From Octopus sinensis (taxonomy: Eukaryota), in the NCBI RefSeq assembly GCF_006345805.1, contig NC_042997.1:207576001-207640000 (forward strand): DNA of 64,000 nt. Reading direction: 5' to 3'. Of the stretch, positions 50,850 through 63,309 are shown in pieces. Below the pieces are notes generated by a model that was not told the origin of the DNA, did no database searches, and was given only the letters and a program-made list of their open reading frames with translations. The stretch's first letter is position 1. Each line of letters starts with the position of its first letter. The translations under genes and the position numbers were made by a program.

Positions 50850-51140
50850 GGGTATTGCATCTAGAAAGTTCCCCTCCGAGGCACAAGTCCAGGTTGTTTA
50901 TAGAAGACCAGCAATCGCCCATGCATACCAGCCTCCGCTCTCCTTGCCACTGATGTTACCCAAGAGAAAGGCAAAAGCCAACACAGCTTGATACATATCG
51001 TGACTCATTTCTACAGCTGAGTGAACTGGAACAACATGAAATAATGTGTCTTGCTCAAGAACATAACACACACCCAGGTCTGGGAATCGAACTCACTACC
51101 TCATGATTGTGAGCGTAATGCTCTAACCACTGAACCACAA
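50850..51140 (-). mobile_element. tRNA-derived SINE, reverse orientation
   Basis: Minus head ggttcagtggttagagc...gagttcgattccc; homologous to 25540-25860. Confidence 0.75.
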
Positions 51141-52047
51141 ACCTTCACATACATCTATTTCTACCATATAAAGTTTACTCTATGCTTTGAATCACTGTTC
51201 ACTCATCTTAGAATGCTTTTAATATACATTTTGTTTCATGTACTTTCATCTGTCTTACAGTTCTATAGTAGCAACTCTTTCCATGAAACTTTTGGGGAAA
51301 CATGGTCACCCAACACTTTGCTTCTGCTCTCAGCTTCCATCTTGAGAGAGGGTAAAAAGATTCAAGCGAGGTTATTGCCAGTATCACTTGACTGGCCCCC
51401 GTGCCGGTGGCACGTAAAAAGCACCCACTACACTCTCGGAGTGGTAGGCGTTAGGAAGGGCATCCAGCAGTAGAAACTCTGCCAAATCAAGATTGGAGCC
51501 TGGTGCAGCCATCTGGTTTGCCAGCCCTCAGTCAAAATCGTCCAACCCATGCTAGCATGGAAAGCGGACGTTAAACGAATATGACAATACCTCCTCTTTT
51601 GTTATGGTAAAAGTCAATGTTATCCCTGAATGTTGCTGAAATAAAAACCATTATTCTAAAATACAACAAATCCCACCTAAAGTCAACTGCATTATGTGGA
51701 AACTATAAATACAAAATAGTTAAGGAGGAAGGGAGCACTAACAATTTGAATGTTTCTACCATTACTAAATATCACCAATGAAAAGCCAACAAATGTGCTG
51801 AGCCAATGACGGGTCTCTACATAGTTGCTTCATTTACTAGAAAGAGCAACCAAATTAAAATAATATACACAAAACATCTAGATAAAGAATACCCATTGGC
51901 CCAGCTTAATGACTCTGGATCAAAGGTTTGCAGGATCAAGATTGACTTAGGGGCTACCCAACAACCGCAACACCCCAAGTGTGCTGACAAATTACACACT
52001 AAAGCGAGATTGTTTCTAAATCTACACAAACAAGACAATGTTATTAC

Positions 52048-52158
52048 CTTCTTGAATTTCTTCTTCAACTCAGCTGGTGTTTCTGAACGAGGCTGTAAAC
52101 CAGTATTTGGACGGTAGACGTGGTACATCCTCTCTTTCTTCTTCACTGATGTTGGCAT
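52048..52158 (-). CDS. Candidate first coding exon (RRM-like start)
   Basis: ATG at 52158; MPTSVKKKERMYHVYRPNTGLQPRSETPAELKKKFKK, then AAG|gtaata donor (phase 0); upstream acceptor is weak. Confidence 0.35.
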
Positions 52159-52204
52159 AACAGCAAGCACAGCAGTCTTTTTATATATATATATATATAT
52201 ATTT

Positions 52205-52412
52205 AGTATGTGACCTCGTCTGTATCACTAGCGATTTTTTTCCCCTGTCTTCCCTTCTCGGGATCTTTCCTTCTCCTATGTTTCCGACGAAGAGCTCCGC
52301 TCGAAACGTCAAACCCTCCTTCTTCCCTTCTTTCCTGAGCGTCCAATAATACTTTATTTGTTCCACGTCCTTGCGTTGTTGTTTTTTTGTTTTTGTTTTC
52401 TTGTTTGGATTA

Positions 52413-52448
<36 letters not shown>

Positions 52449-52500
52449 TAGATAGATATGTATATATATGTATATATATATATAATATATATATATATAT

Positions 52501-52547
<47 letters not shown>

Positions 52548-52628
52548 ATCCAAACAAGAAAACACAAAACAACAAAAAAACACATCAACGCGAGGACGTG
52601 GAACAAATAAAGTATTATTGGACGCTCA
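52205..52628. repeat. Penelope-pLTR-like unit whose 3' ~85 bp is inverted across a (TA)n tract
   Basis: gagcgtccaataatactttatttgttccacgtc...ggattaact (~52338-52415) is mirrored at ~52543-52628. Confidence 0.8.
52280..52314 (+). ncRNA. Minimal type I hammerhead-like motif (U4C variant)
   Basis: GTTT CCGACGA A GAGC tcc GCTC GAAA CG TC AAAC. Confidence 0.65.
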
Positions 52629-52643
52629 TATATATATAATATA

Positions 52644-52810
52644 GGCGCAGGAGTGGCTGTGTGGTAAGTAGCTTGCTTATGAACTACATGGTTCCGGGTT
52701 CAGTCCCACTGCGTGGCATCTTGGGCAAATGTCTTCTACTATAGCCTAGGGCTGACCAAAGCCTTGTGAGTGGATTTGGTAGACGGAAACTGAAAGAAGC
52801 CTGTCGTATG

Positions 52811-52886
<76 letters not shown>

Positions 52887-52952
52887 TTAGATAAAACTTA
52901 GATATGTTTCGACCAGAGATTGGTCAGGCCATGTCTAACTTAATAGCACCAC

Positions 52953-53024
<72 letters not shown>

Positions 53025-53248
53025 GTATGTATGTGTGTGTGTTTGTGTGTCTGTGTTTGTCCCCCTAGCATTGCTTGACAACCGATGCTGGTGTGTTTAC
53101 GTCCCCGTCACTTAGCGGTTCGGCAAAAAGAGACCGATAGGATAAGTACTGGGCTTACAAAGAATAAGTCCCGGAGTCGATTTGCTCGACTAAAGGCGGT
53201 GCTCCAGCATGGCCGCAGTCAAATGACTGAAACAAGTAAAAGTAAAAG

Positions 53249-53250
<2 letters not shown>
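52644..53250 (+). mobile_element. Full-length tRNA-derived SINE with internal (TA)n expansion
   Basis: A box tggctgtgtggt, B box ggttcagtccc, body, and gaaacaagtaaaag tail. Confidence 0.88.
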
Positions 53251-53309
<59 letters not shown>

Positions 53310-53421
53310 ATTTCGGAATGGTCATTTTGCCAGTTTAGCCAATAAAAACACACGCACTATATATTTGGTGTTACTTTGCTTCAGTGTTATTTATTTTTTA
53401 CATTAATCTTAATCTTATTTC

Positions 53422-53466
53422 GGCCAGAGTTCTTTCGTCACACTCCTGTGACCGCATCAGTGGTCC
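53422..53466 (-). ncRNA. Minimal hammerhead-like motif (A9C variant) in pLTR-like unit next to (TA)n
   Basis: CCA CTGATGC G GTCAC aggagt GTGAC GAAA GAAC TC TGG. Confidence 0.55.
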
Positions 53467-54769
53467 TTTGCTTTCTTCTTTCTTATTTGTGTCTCTCCTT
53501 ACTAACCGTCAGCCATTTTGTATTTCTATAGTATGCCTTCATTTGCGCATGCGTATATCTCTATGTGCGTCTATGTTTATTTAGTGTGTGTGTGTGGGGG
53601 GGTGATGCCTGTAATTTTTGTATCTTCTGTTTATATACGTTCCTGTAATTTGTTTTTGTTGTTGTTGTTGTTTTTGTTTATTCTTATTTGTTCATGTGTT
53701 TACATCCACTTATTATTATTATCATTATTTTTATTATTACGTATGCTTGTATGTATGTATAACAACAATACTAGTAATAATAATAATAATAATGAATCAA
53801 AAAAAGGGAAAAATCTTTTAAATTAAAAAAAACTGATATAGTTATTTATTTCCATTTGTTAATTTATCTGTGTATTTTATTTATGTGACCACCACCGGAA
53901 AGCGCGCGTAATTGAAAGTTTTCACTTTGATATCATCACGTGCGAAAAAATTTCTTTCAGAATGGTATACATTCGAAGGGTTTTGAACAATTGAGATACA
54001 GATGTCACGCATGTATTAAAACCATTGAATAACAAAAATTAGAACGTGACATTTTTGCTAAGCTGCCGTAATTGCTTAATTAAGACTTTGTTTAAATTGA
54101 AAGGTGCAAATTTGTGACGAGGTTGAAAAAAAATACCCCAGAAAAAAAAATGTACTGCTGGTATTTATATAATTCACTACTATTTTGCTACACTGTCATA
54201 AAATTGCTACAATGTCACGAAAAAGAAAAATTAAGGTATGTACAACATATATTATACATTTTTTCTATTCATTCAACGAAAAAAAAAAATCCAATTCGCC
54301 ACCCCCTTTTCCCCATTCGCGCTTGTGTAGAAAAAAAATTATTAACCAAGTTTTATAAATTATTTACTTTGTTCAAAAAATATTATTAATATTAATTAAT
54401 TTTCAAGAATTATTTAATTTATATAATTAATTCATTAATTTTATTCTGTAAAATAGTAATTAATTCATTTCTCTGTAAATCCGCGAGGAAATCGCTATGT
54501 TGTTACTCAGGCAGCTAGAAATAGCAGCCAGATTTTTATATTCTAAATAATTTGCAATTTCAAAAAATATATTAATTTTGCGTTTTTTAATTTGATAAAT
54601 TCTACGGAATAATTTTGCGCGTTATATTCGTTCGCGTTTCTGTAAAAAAAAGTAATTATTTAAGTTTTAAAAATTATTTACTTTGTTCAAAAAATATTAT
54701 TAATATTAATTAACTTTCAAGAATTATTTAATTTAGTCATAAAATCGTGTCCGCCCGTCCGGCATAGTT

Positions 54770-55770
54770 TCGGTTGTAGTTTCGGTTGTAGTAGCACAGA
54801 TTTCCGTCGATTTCCGTAAAAAACTTTTATTTTTTTACATAAGTAATGAGAGCGAAAGAGACTAAGAGGAAGCGATTTTACGACGAGAAGGTTTCACTTT
54901 GAAGTCGGCCTGTGTGTGTTTGATGGGGTGTGGGAGACAGAAAGTATGTTGTATAAGTGAAGTGCTTCTGTTAGTGTGTGCGAAGAGACAGACATACATA
55001 TACACATACACCGAGTACATACATACATACATACACACACACACATACATAGATACATACACACACACACATACATACACACACATACTTACACACACAC
55101 ACACATAGATACATACACACACACACATACATGCAGACATACATATACACATACACCGAGTAAAAAATTACACTGAATCGACCATACATACATACACACA
55201 TACATACATACACATACACACATACATAGATACATACACACACACACATACATGCAGACATACATATACACATACACCGAGTAAAAAATTACGATGAATC
55301 GGCCATACATACATACACACACACATACTTACACACACACACACATACATAGATACATGCATACATACATGCATACATACATATACACATACACCGAGTA
55401 AAAAATCAGTTATCTCTCTCTTTCACACATTACTCTCTCTGTCTCTTCGCACACACTAACAGAAGCACTTCACTTACACAACATACTGTCTGTCTCCCAC
55501 ACCCCATCAAACACACACACGGAGACTTCAAAGAGAAACTTCCTCGTCATAAAATCGCTTCCTCTTAGTCTCTTTCGCTCTCATTACTTATGTAAAAAAA
55601 TAAAAGTTTTTTACGGAAATCGACGGAAATCTGCGCTACGACATGCGAAACTTCGCCTCGTGTCCTCTTAGTCTCTTTCGCTCTCATTACTTCAAATGCA
55701 AGCCCATATGTAAAAAAATAAAAGTTTTTTACGGAAATCATCGACGGAAACGTGCTACTACAAACGAAAG
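54770..55770. mobile_element. Fold-back element: ~200-bp inverted arms around a CA-rich minisatellite
   Basis: 54791-54990 is inverted to 55440-55639; partial third arm copy at 55660-55765; internal ccgagta units at ~55011, 55156, 55278 and 55394. Confidence 0.8.
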
Positions 55771-56966
55771 ATCGCCCATTAATTTTATTCTGTAAAATAG
55801 TAATTAATTCATTTATCTGTAAATCCGCGAGGGAATCGCTATGTTGTTACTCAGGCAGCTAGAAATAGCAGCCAGATTTCCCTCCAACACATTGTCTTAA
55901 AAAGCAGAAAGGTATCTAAAAAATCCGTTTTTTTTTTTTTTTTAGTGAAAATCGTGCGGGTGTTACTCTGCGCAAGTCACCTCGTAGACTCTCGAGTATC
56001 GAGTGCCTACGTCTGGCTCGCGCGCACGCGCGAATCCGCGTGTGCGTAACCGGGACCACTCTGTAATACAAGTACCCCTTTTTCCGATTTTTTTTTTTCA
56101 ATCTACGTGGGAAAATGCGGAGATTAAGAATGTGTGTGGAGGGGGGACAAGTTTTAATTTCAAATTTCTTATGAAAAACACCAAAATTGATCCACACCCG
56201 CCTCGCCACCTGATCCCGCTGTCTAAAAGTGAAAATGAATTGCTGTTTAGTCTATTTCCGCATGCGTAGATTTATAGCGAAACGGTAAACGGACCACGGC
56301 ATGTGAAACGTTCACCACGAAACTCGATAGGCTAAAAATAACAGCTAAATGTCCACCTAATTTTTGTGCTTGTGGGGCGCGCGCAAGAATTTCTACAGCT
56401 TATCCAAATGAACAGAGATAGAAATATACAAAATATATTTTAGATACCTGTCGGGTTTTTTTCGCTTTAAAGGTAAACGATTCATTGGATTAATACCGAC
56501 AAAATGTAAGTCATTGGCTCAGCACCTATGTTTGTTGTTGTTGTTGATGATGATGATATTTCCTGAGAGTTACGAGGAAACAAATCCTCGGAGTTATAAT
56601 GTAAGGAAAAGTATTGAAATCGATTTTGTAAAGTTTTTGTAAAGCAATGGAGAGACGGGATTAAAGAAATTAAATTAGGAAGATGTAAAACGAAGACTTA
56701 CCTCGTCACAACTCTGAGCAAAAGTGAAACTTGAAACTTTATTTGATCGTTTTTAAGCTGTCGATTGGTTTAACAACAACTTTGTATGACATCAGTGTTT
56801 TTCCGAGAAAAAAACACTTCCCCCTCTCTGCAATTTACCTTGAAATATATTTCATTATTAATTACAACAGACGACATAAAGAAAACTTTTCAAAAGAAGA
56901 AAATCTGAAATAGTTTTTTTTATAGGAGACTTTATCTGGTTTTCCCCAATGGCATGTTTTTTCCAC

Positions 56967-56973
56967 AGACCTT

Positions 56974-57062
<89 letters not shown>
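56967..57062. repeat. (CA)n microsatellite
   Basis: Near-pure CA run. Long (TA)n tracts also occur at ~1875, 7700, 25380-25530, 28200-28320, 52420-52540, 52810-53020 and 53255-53300. Confidence 0.98.
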
Positions 57063-57063
<1 letters not shown>

Positions 57064-57065
<2 letters not shown>

Positions 57066-59030
57066 GAAAGAAGTGTACTGGATTGCCAGACAGTGTGTCA
57101 GAGAAAAGCAGGATATTGTAGGAGAGAAATGTGAGTGGATGGATAATGGTATGCTTGCATTCGGTGATGTGGACAAGAGAGAAGCGTGGAAAAGTTACTA
57201 TGCGAGACTGTTGAATGTAGAGAACGAATGGGATAAAGGGAGTCTCCCTCATGTGATCCCAACAGATGGACTGGCTATCCTAGTGGACAGTGGTGTGATA
57301 GAGAAGGCAATTAAAAACATGAAAACATGGGAAAGCCCCAGTTCCAACCAGAATCACAGCAGAGACGCTCAAAATAAGGCAGGTTATGGGCTTGTCCCTA
57401 CATTAGTTAATTAAGTCATTGGGAAGTGTAATACCCAGTGACTGGCATTGCAGCATCATTGTTAGCTGCTACAAGGATAGATTGAAGCAATTACAGAAGC
57501 ATCAACTCCTGGACCAGGTGAAGAAAATTACATAGAGAGTTATGGCCCAGAATTTGGCTTGACCAAATGCAGTTCAGCTTTGTCCACGAAGAATCAATTC
57601 TGATGCTCTTTTCATAATCAGGCAATTTCAAGAGAAGAATAAAACATTATAATTGGCATCTGTTTATTTAGAGGAATCTTTCGATAGAGTGCCCTGCTGT
57701 GTGATACGGTGGGCTCTGAGGAGGATAGGGATAGACGAGTGACTGGTGAAAGCGTACAGACCGTGCACAAAGACACCACGAGTACGGCAAAGAATTAGGT
57801 GTAGAGGTAGGAGTTCATCAAGGCTCAGTCCTTAGTATCCCCTCCATTTCATCATTGTCCTCCAGGCCACCTACGTAGGTAGCCCTGTTCAATTGTAGTA
57901 AAAGTGTAAGGGTGAACTCTCTATGGTGTGTCCAGTGAAAGCTATGGTCACACAAGAGGTGCAGTAGGTTAATTGGAAGGTTTTCGGATATAGAAGATGC
58001 GCAGGGTCCATCAAAACTTTAGCGACCTGGGAAATTGAGATTCTCAAATGGCCTGGTGACACCTTAGAGTTAGTAGATAATCTCTGAGTCCTATGGGACC
58101 AAATTAGTAATAGGGGAGGATGCACAGAAAGTGTAATAGCTAGAATAAGAATAGGATGGAGGAAATTCAGAGAGCTGTTACCTGTATTGGCCACGAAAGG
58201 TTTCTCTGTTTCAAAGAATGATTGTATGATACATGTATACAATTCTACATGGTAGTGAGATGTGGGCCCTGAATGAAAAGGACATGTGAAGGTTAGAGAG
58301 GAATGAGGCTAGTATGCTCTGCCAGGTGTGTAATGTAAGCGTACATTTTCTACAGAGTGCCAGTATTCTGAGAGAGAGTTAGGCATAAGAGGAATTGGTT
58401 GCTGTGTGCAAGAGAAGACTGTGCTGGTTTGGTTATGTGATGCAGGTCGATGCCAACAGCTCCATAAAAAAGTGCATTTCTCTCAAAGTGGATGGAGGAC
58501 CCAGGAAGACATGGAATGAAGTGCTGATGAACGACCTCAAGATGCTGAACCTTTCAGGTGAGATGACAAAGGACCGAGATACCTGGCACCTGGCCTCAGT
58601 CAAAAGCCTACTACCTTGTAACAGAAGTTTTAGACCAATCCTTCTGGTAGCATGCAGCAATCGCTGGGGTACTATGTGAAAGCGCTCACATGGTAGCACT
58701 TAAAAGTGCCCATATCATGATATGTAAAAGTTCCCATGAAGCAATACGTAAAAGCACCAGTTCATGTTCAGGTAAAAGCGTCCGTATGGCGTTACATAAA
58801 AGTGCCGTTGTGGTGTCACCTAAAAGAGCCCATGTGGTGGTGTCAGGTAAAAGCTTCCATGTGGGGCCAGTGGTAAAAGCAATCAGCAAAGTCTGCGAAG
58901 TGTTAGGAAGGGCATCAGTCATAGAAACCAAGCCAAATACGACTGGAGCCTGGTGCAGCCTACTCCCCATCTTGCGAGCTCGGGTCACACCTCCAATGAT
59001 TGCCAACATGGACAACTGACATTAAAGGAT
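57064..59030 (+). mobile_element. Old RTE copy with internal deletions and degenerate ~25-bp 3'UTR repeats
   Basis: IARQCVREKQDIVGEKC, RRLCWFGYV, PRKTWNEV; TAAAAG-spaced repeats at 58690-58890. Confidence 0.85.
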
Positions 59031-59957
59031 GTTCATAATGTGATTCAATACATAGAAAACCAACCCCAATACCAATCCACTGAACTCTTTAGAGAGCTTT
59101 CGCACAGAAAATAGGCCAACAGCAGCAGCAAAAACATGCAGCTGAGATCAGATAATCCCATTTCTCAGATTCAGATTACAATGTTGGGACACACAAAAGA
59201 CTATGACAGCTGAGTCATCATGACTATAGAAAGAATTGATTACAAAGAGGAAAACAACAACAGCAGCAACAAGCATAGAAAGAAGAACAGCAAACAACAA
59301 TAAAGAGATCAGGGTTAGAGGAGAAAACCAGGTCAGTGAAAATTACGACAAAGACAACAGAAGCTGTCAGAATCCATCCACATCACAATGACCAAACCAG
59401 TACAGTCACCCCCTTTGCACACAGCAACAAATTCCCTTTTCTGCCTAACTTCTCTCTCAGAACACTGGCACTCTGTCGAATAAGTACACTTACATTACAC
59501 ATCCAGTGGAGCAGACTAACCTCATTCTTTTCTAACTTCGTATGTCCTCTGCATTTAGGCCTCACGTCTCACTACCTGTGTTAGTAATTATCTCTCTTGA
59601 GGCACACAAGTGCTAGGGATATAAAAAAAGCACCCAGTAAACTCTGCAAATGTTATTGCATTAAGAAGGGCATCACGTCGTAGAAATCCCACCAAGCAGA
59701 TACTGAAGTGCAATGCAGTCCTTGCAGCCATTGGATCCTATCAAACTGTCCAACCCAGCCTGGAGAAAGGACGCTACATAACGATTGATGACAAGAAGAT
59801 CATGGTGATATATAACCAAGGAAGTTAGAAGCAGATGTACAAACACACATCACTAATTGCACAGCTACCCATAGCAGAAACAACTGTAAGCCAATGAAGT
59901 TGATTTAGAAATTAGTGTTCCTTTATCTTTACTTCTATTAATTCCTTATATTAATTC

Positions 59958-59989
<32 letters not shown>

Positions 59990-60110
59990 TATATTATATA
60001 TATTATAAATTTATATAAATAAGGATAACCTCGAAAATTTGAAATAAAATAACGATTATGTATCAAGTGGCCACCATAGAAAAAATAACCTTCAAGGTAA
60101 TAATTATTAA

Positions 60111-60148
60111 AATTATAAATTAGGGTATCTCGTAGATACCTTAATTTA

Positions 60149-60153
<5 letters not shown>
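60111..60153. repeat. 20-bp hairpin next to (TA)n
   Basis: aattataaattagggtatct cgt agataccttaatttataatt (one G-T pair). Confidence 0.85.
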
Positions 60154-60183
<30 letters not shown>

Positions 60184-60240
60184 CTAGCTGAAGGTGACCC
60201 GCTCTACGCGCGGGTAAGAGTGTGGTTGTTACTTTCTGTT
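60184..60240 (-). mobile_element. Helitron-like 3' terminus (another at ~60922)
   Basis: On the minus strand CCCGCG...GCGGG hairpin then CTAG|T in (TA)n; similar cctagc..ttagg hairpin and CTAG at 60922. Confidence 0.5.
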
Positions 60241-61203
60241 GCTTCCTTTCAGCACGTAAAAAGCACCATCCGAACGTGGCCGATGCCAGCGCCGCCTTGA
60301 CTGGCTTCTGTGCCAGTGACACGTAAAAAGCACAAACCAATCGTGGCCATTGCCAGTCCCCCTGGAACTGTGCCCGGCGGCACGAAAAATGCACCCACTA
60401 CGCTCACAGAGTGGTTGGCGTTAGGAAGGGCATCCACCTATAGAAACAATGCCAGATCAGACGGAGCCTGGTGCAGCCTCCTGGCTTCCCAGACCCTGGT
60501 CAAACTGTCAAACCTGTGCTAGCACGGAAAAACGGACGTTAAACGATGATGATGATGATGATTCTCCCTCTTTGTTGCTCTCTCTTTCTCTCTCACTTTC
60601 CCCACTCTCTTACTCTCCTTTCTCTCGGACCTCCCTCGCTTTTCTCTTACTCTCTATCTTTATATATCTCTCTCCCATTTATAAACAACAAAAATATCTT
60701 GAGTAAGTTGAGAAATAAAATATTTAGAAAGATCAATCATAAATATGAGGCAGTAACAACGGAAAGGTCTGCTTCAAGGCAGACAGCAAAACACAAACAT
60801 TTAAAAGGGATTCAAATAATCCTATCAGGTGGTGCTATTAAGTTAGACATGGCCTGGACCAATCATTGGTCAAAACACATCTAAGTTTATAGATATATAT
60901 ATATACATATACATATATATACTAGCAGAGACACCTACCTAGCATTGCTTAGGATTAAAATGGTATAGATTTTTATTGTTTTACATGTTTCAGTCATGTG
61001 ACTCCGACCATGCTGGAGCACCAGGATTTATTCTTTGTAAGCTTAGGACTTAGTCTATCGGTGTACTTTGACAAATGGCTAGGTTATGGGGATATAAGCA
61101 CAGTAAAATCAGTTGTCAAGCAATAGTGGCGGGTAGAGGCACAAACACACATATACACATACACAGGTACATGCACACACACACACATGCATACATACAC
61201 TGA

Positions 61204-61744
61204 TCTATATATATATATATATATATATATATTAATATAAATCCTGTTCTGTGTGTGTGTGTGTGTGTGTAAAAGATTATAACGGTTGAAATTTTTAAAC
61301 TGAATATCTCCAAACTGTGAAGATATATTACTTATATTCCAGGGAGGGTTTTAGACTTAAAATTTTTCACATAATGAGTAATGGGCCGCCCCTTGGGGGC
61401 AGAAAACACCCGTTCCTGGGTTACGTTAAGAACTCTTTGTGAAGTATTTATACGACATAACTCTTTGTGAAGTAACTTTCAGAAATTGATTGTCTCCCTT
61501 ACATCCATTGGTCATACAAAAAAATAAATTATATTACTTTTTATATTAGATTCACGTTTTTTTAAATATTTACTTCTGGTTTTCTAGTGTCACTGACGTC
61601 TATATCTCTCTTCCCATCTCTCTGTATATCTATCTCTCTATCCATCTCTATCTCTATATCTATCTATCTCTCAGTATTTATCTGTTTATATATTATCTAT
61701 CTATCTATTTATCTATCTATCTATATCTATCTTAGTTGTCTAAT

Positions 61745-61814
<70 letters not shown>

Positions 61815-62747
61815 ATATATATACATATAATATATATCACTCTTCATTGTTTTCACTGTAAGTTTTCAATCACTGTTTACAAAAACAACGTCAAATTACT
61901 GCAATGTCAAGGTCAGCCAAAAGAATGTCTCTGTCCAGGGAAAGAGAGACAGCTGCGGAAAGAGAAGCATACCAAGAAACGAACAGACTGAGCACTACAA
62001 AAGCCATACCTTCTCAAAGTGATGAACAGAGGTATGCACGGCTGACAAGGAATAGGATCTCTTCTGCAGGAGGAAGAGCAATTGCAACAGCCCAGAGAAG
62101 CAGCTTTGAAATATGATCCAGGAGTTCATTGTGCAGATGACACTAGAGTTTCCATTGGTGCGCGGACAACTGAGTGCATGCATTGTAAAGCAAGGATGTG
62201 GCCTGGAGAGACACTTGCACTGTGCTGCTGTTAAAACTCCCTGCAATCCCCAACCTTCAGAGCCATTGAAGGGTCTGTTGTCATCAATGACCAAGATTCC
62301 AAGCACTTCCAAAACAGAAATAGTCAATGCAATGCTGCCCATATAGATCACTTGGAGCCGCAAGAGATTCATCTGAGCGAGGATTCATGCAAACTTTCAA
62401 GATCCAAGGTCAGATTTATCCTTGGATTGGCTCTCTACTACCCTCTGTCAAATGAATCACCAGAATCAGCCTTTCATTGTGTATAATCTGTACCTGTTTT
62501 TTGGTTACAAATAAGCTACACAAAATGTGTTTTTGAATTACGTGTCTTTACTTTATATATACATGACTTGAAAATTTCTTTTGACATTTCACTTAACGTC
62601 TGTGTTCCATGCTGGCATGGGTTGGAGAGTTATTAATGTAGAAAGTTGGGATCGCAGCAATTAGAAGTTGACACTTGCATAATCTAGACAGTGTTTTTAA
62701 ATTTCATTATTCTCTTTAACCTGGGCAGCGCCAAGTATTTCTGCTAG
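61204..62747 (+). mobile_element. Internally deleted Helitron with RepHel N-terminal remnant
   Basis: 5' A|TCTATATA; 3' cctgggcagcgccaag...CTAG. 62090-62450 translates (frameshifted) AALKYDP...IGARTTECMHCKARMWPGET..CC / PSEPLKGLL / FMQTFKIQGQIY..IGSLLP. Confidence 0.8.
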
Positions 62748-62783
62748 AATATATATATAATATATTATATATATATATATATG

Positions 62784-62819
<36 letters not shown>

Positions 62820-62827
62820 TGTATGTA

Positions 62828-62889
<62 letters not shown>

Positions 62890-63309
62890 TAAAAGTAAAG
62901 TTGTAAGGTACTGCACGAGTGAAAATATATATGAAAGGAGGTTTGAAAATGCAATTTTAAAGATATTTATTCACTTTAAAATTACATTTCAAACCTTTTT
63001 TCATATATATATATCATCATCATCATCATTTAACGTCCGCTTTCCATGCTAGCATGGGTTGGACGGTTTAACTGGGGTCTGGGGAGCCCGAAGGCTGCAC
63101 GAGGCCAGTCAGATCTGGCAGTGTTTCTACAGCTGGATGCCCTTCCTAACGCCAACCACTCCGAGAGTGTAGTGGGTGATTTTATGTGATATATATGCAT
63201 ATATATATATATACATGTATATATATATATATATATATACACACACATATAGATATGCGTGTATATATATATATATATATATATAATAAAAATAAGCAAG
63301 GATATCCAG

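Noticed and set aside
52644-52720. tRNA genes (also 13336, 25800, 51080)
   Set aside because: They have A/B boxes only and continue into SINE bodies; no full cloverleaf.
52905-52950. Hairpin with GAAA bulge (also ~60840-60885) as a hammerhead
   Set aside because: There is no CUGANGA core in either copy.
53499-53516. Minus-strand ATGGCTGACG|GTTAGT as first coding exon
   Set aside because: It lies inside the hammerhead-bearing repeat-like unit, is too short to evaluate, and its phase does not match the other candidates.
52181-55374. ORFs rich in YI, CV or HT (also at 5374, 28151, 56858, 61587, 62697, 63030)
   Set aside because: They are translations of (TA)n/(CA)n microsatellites.
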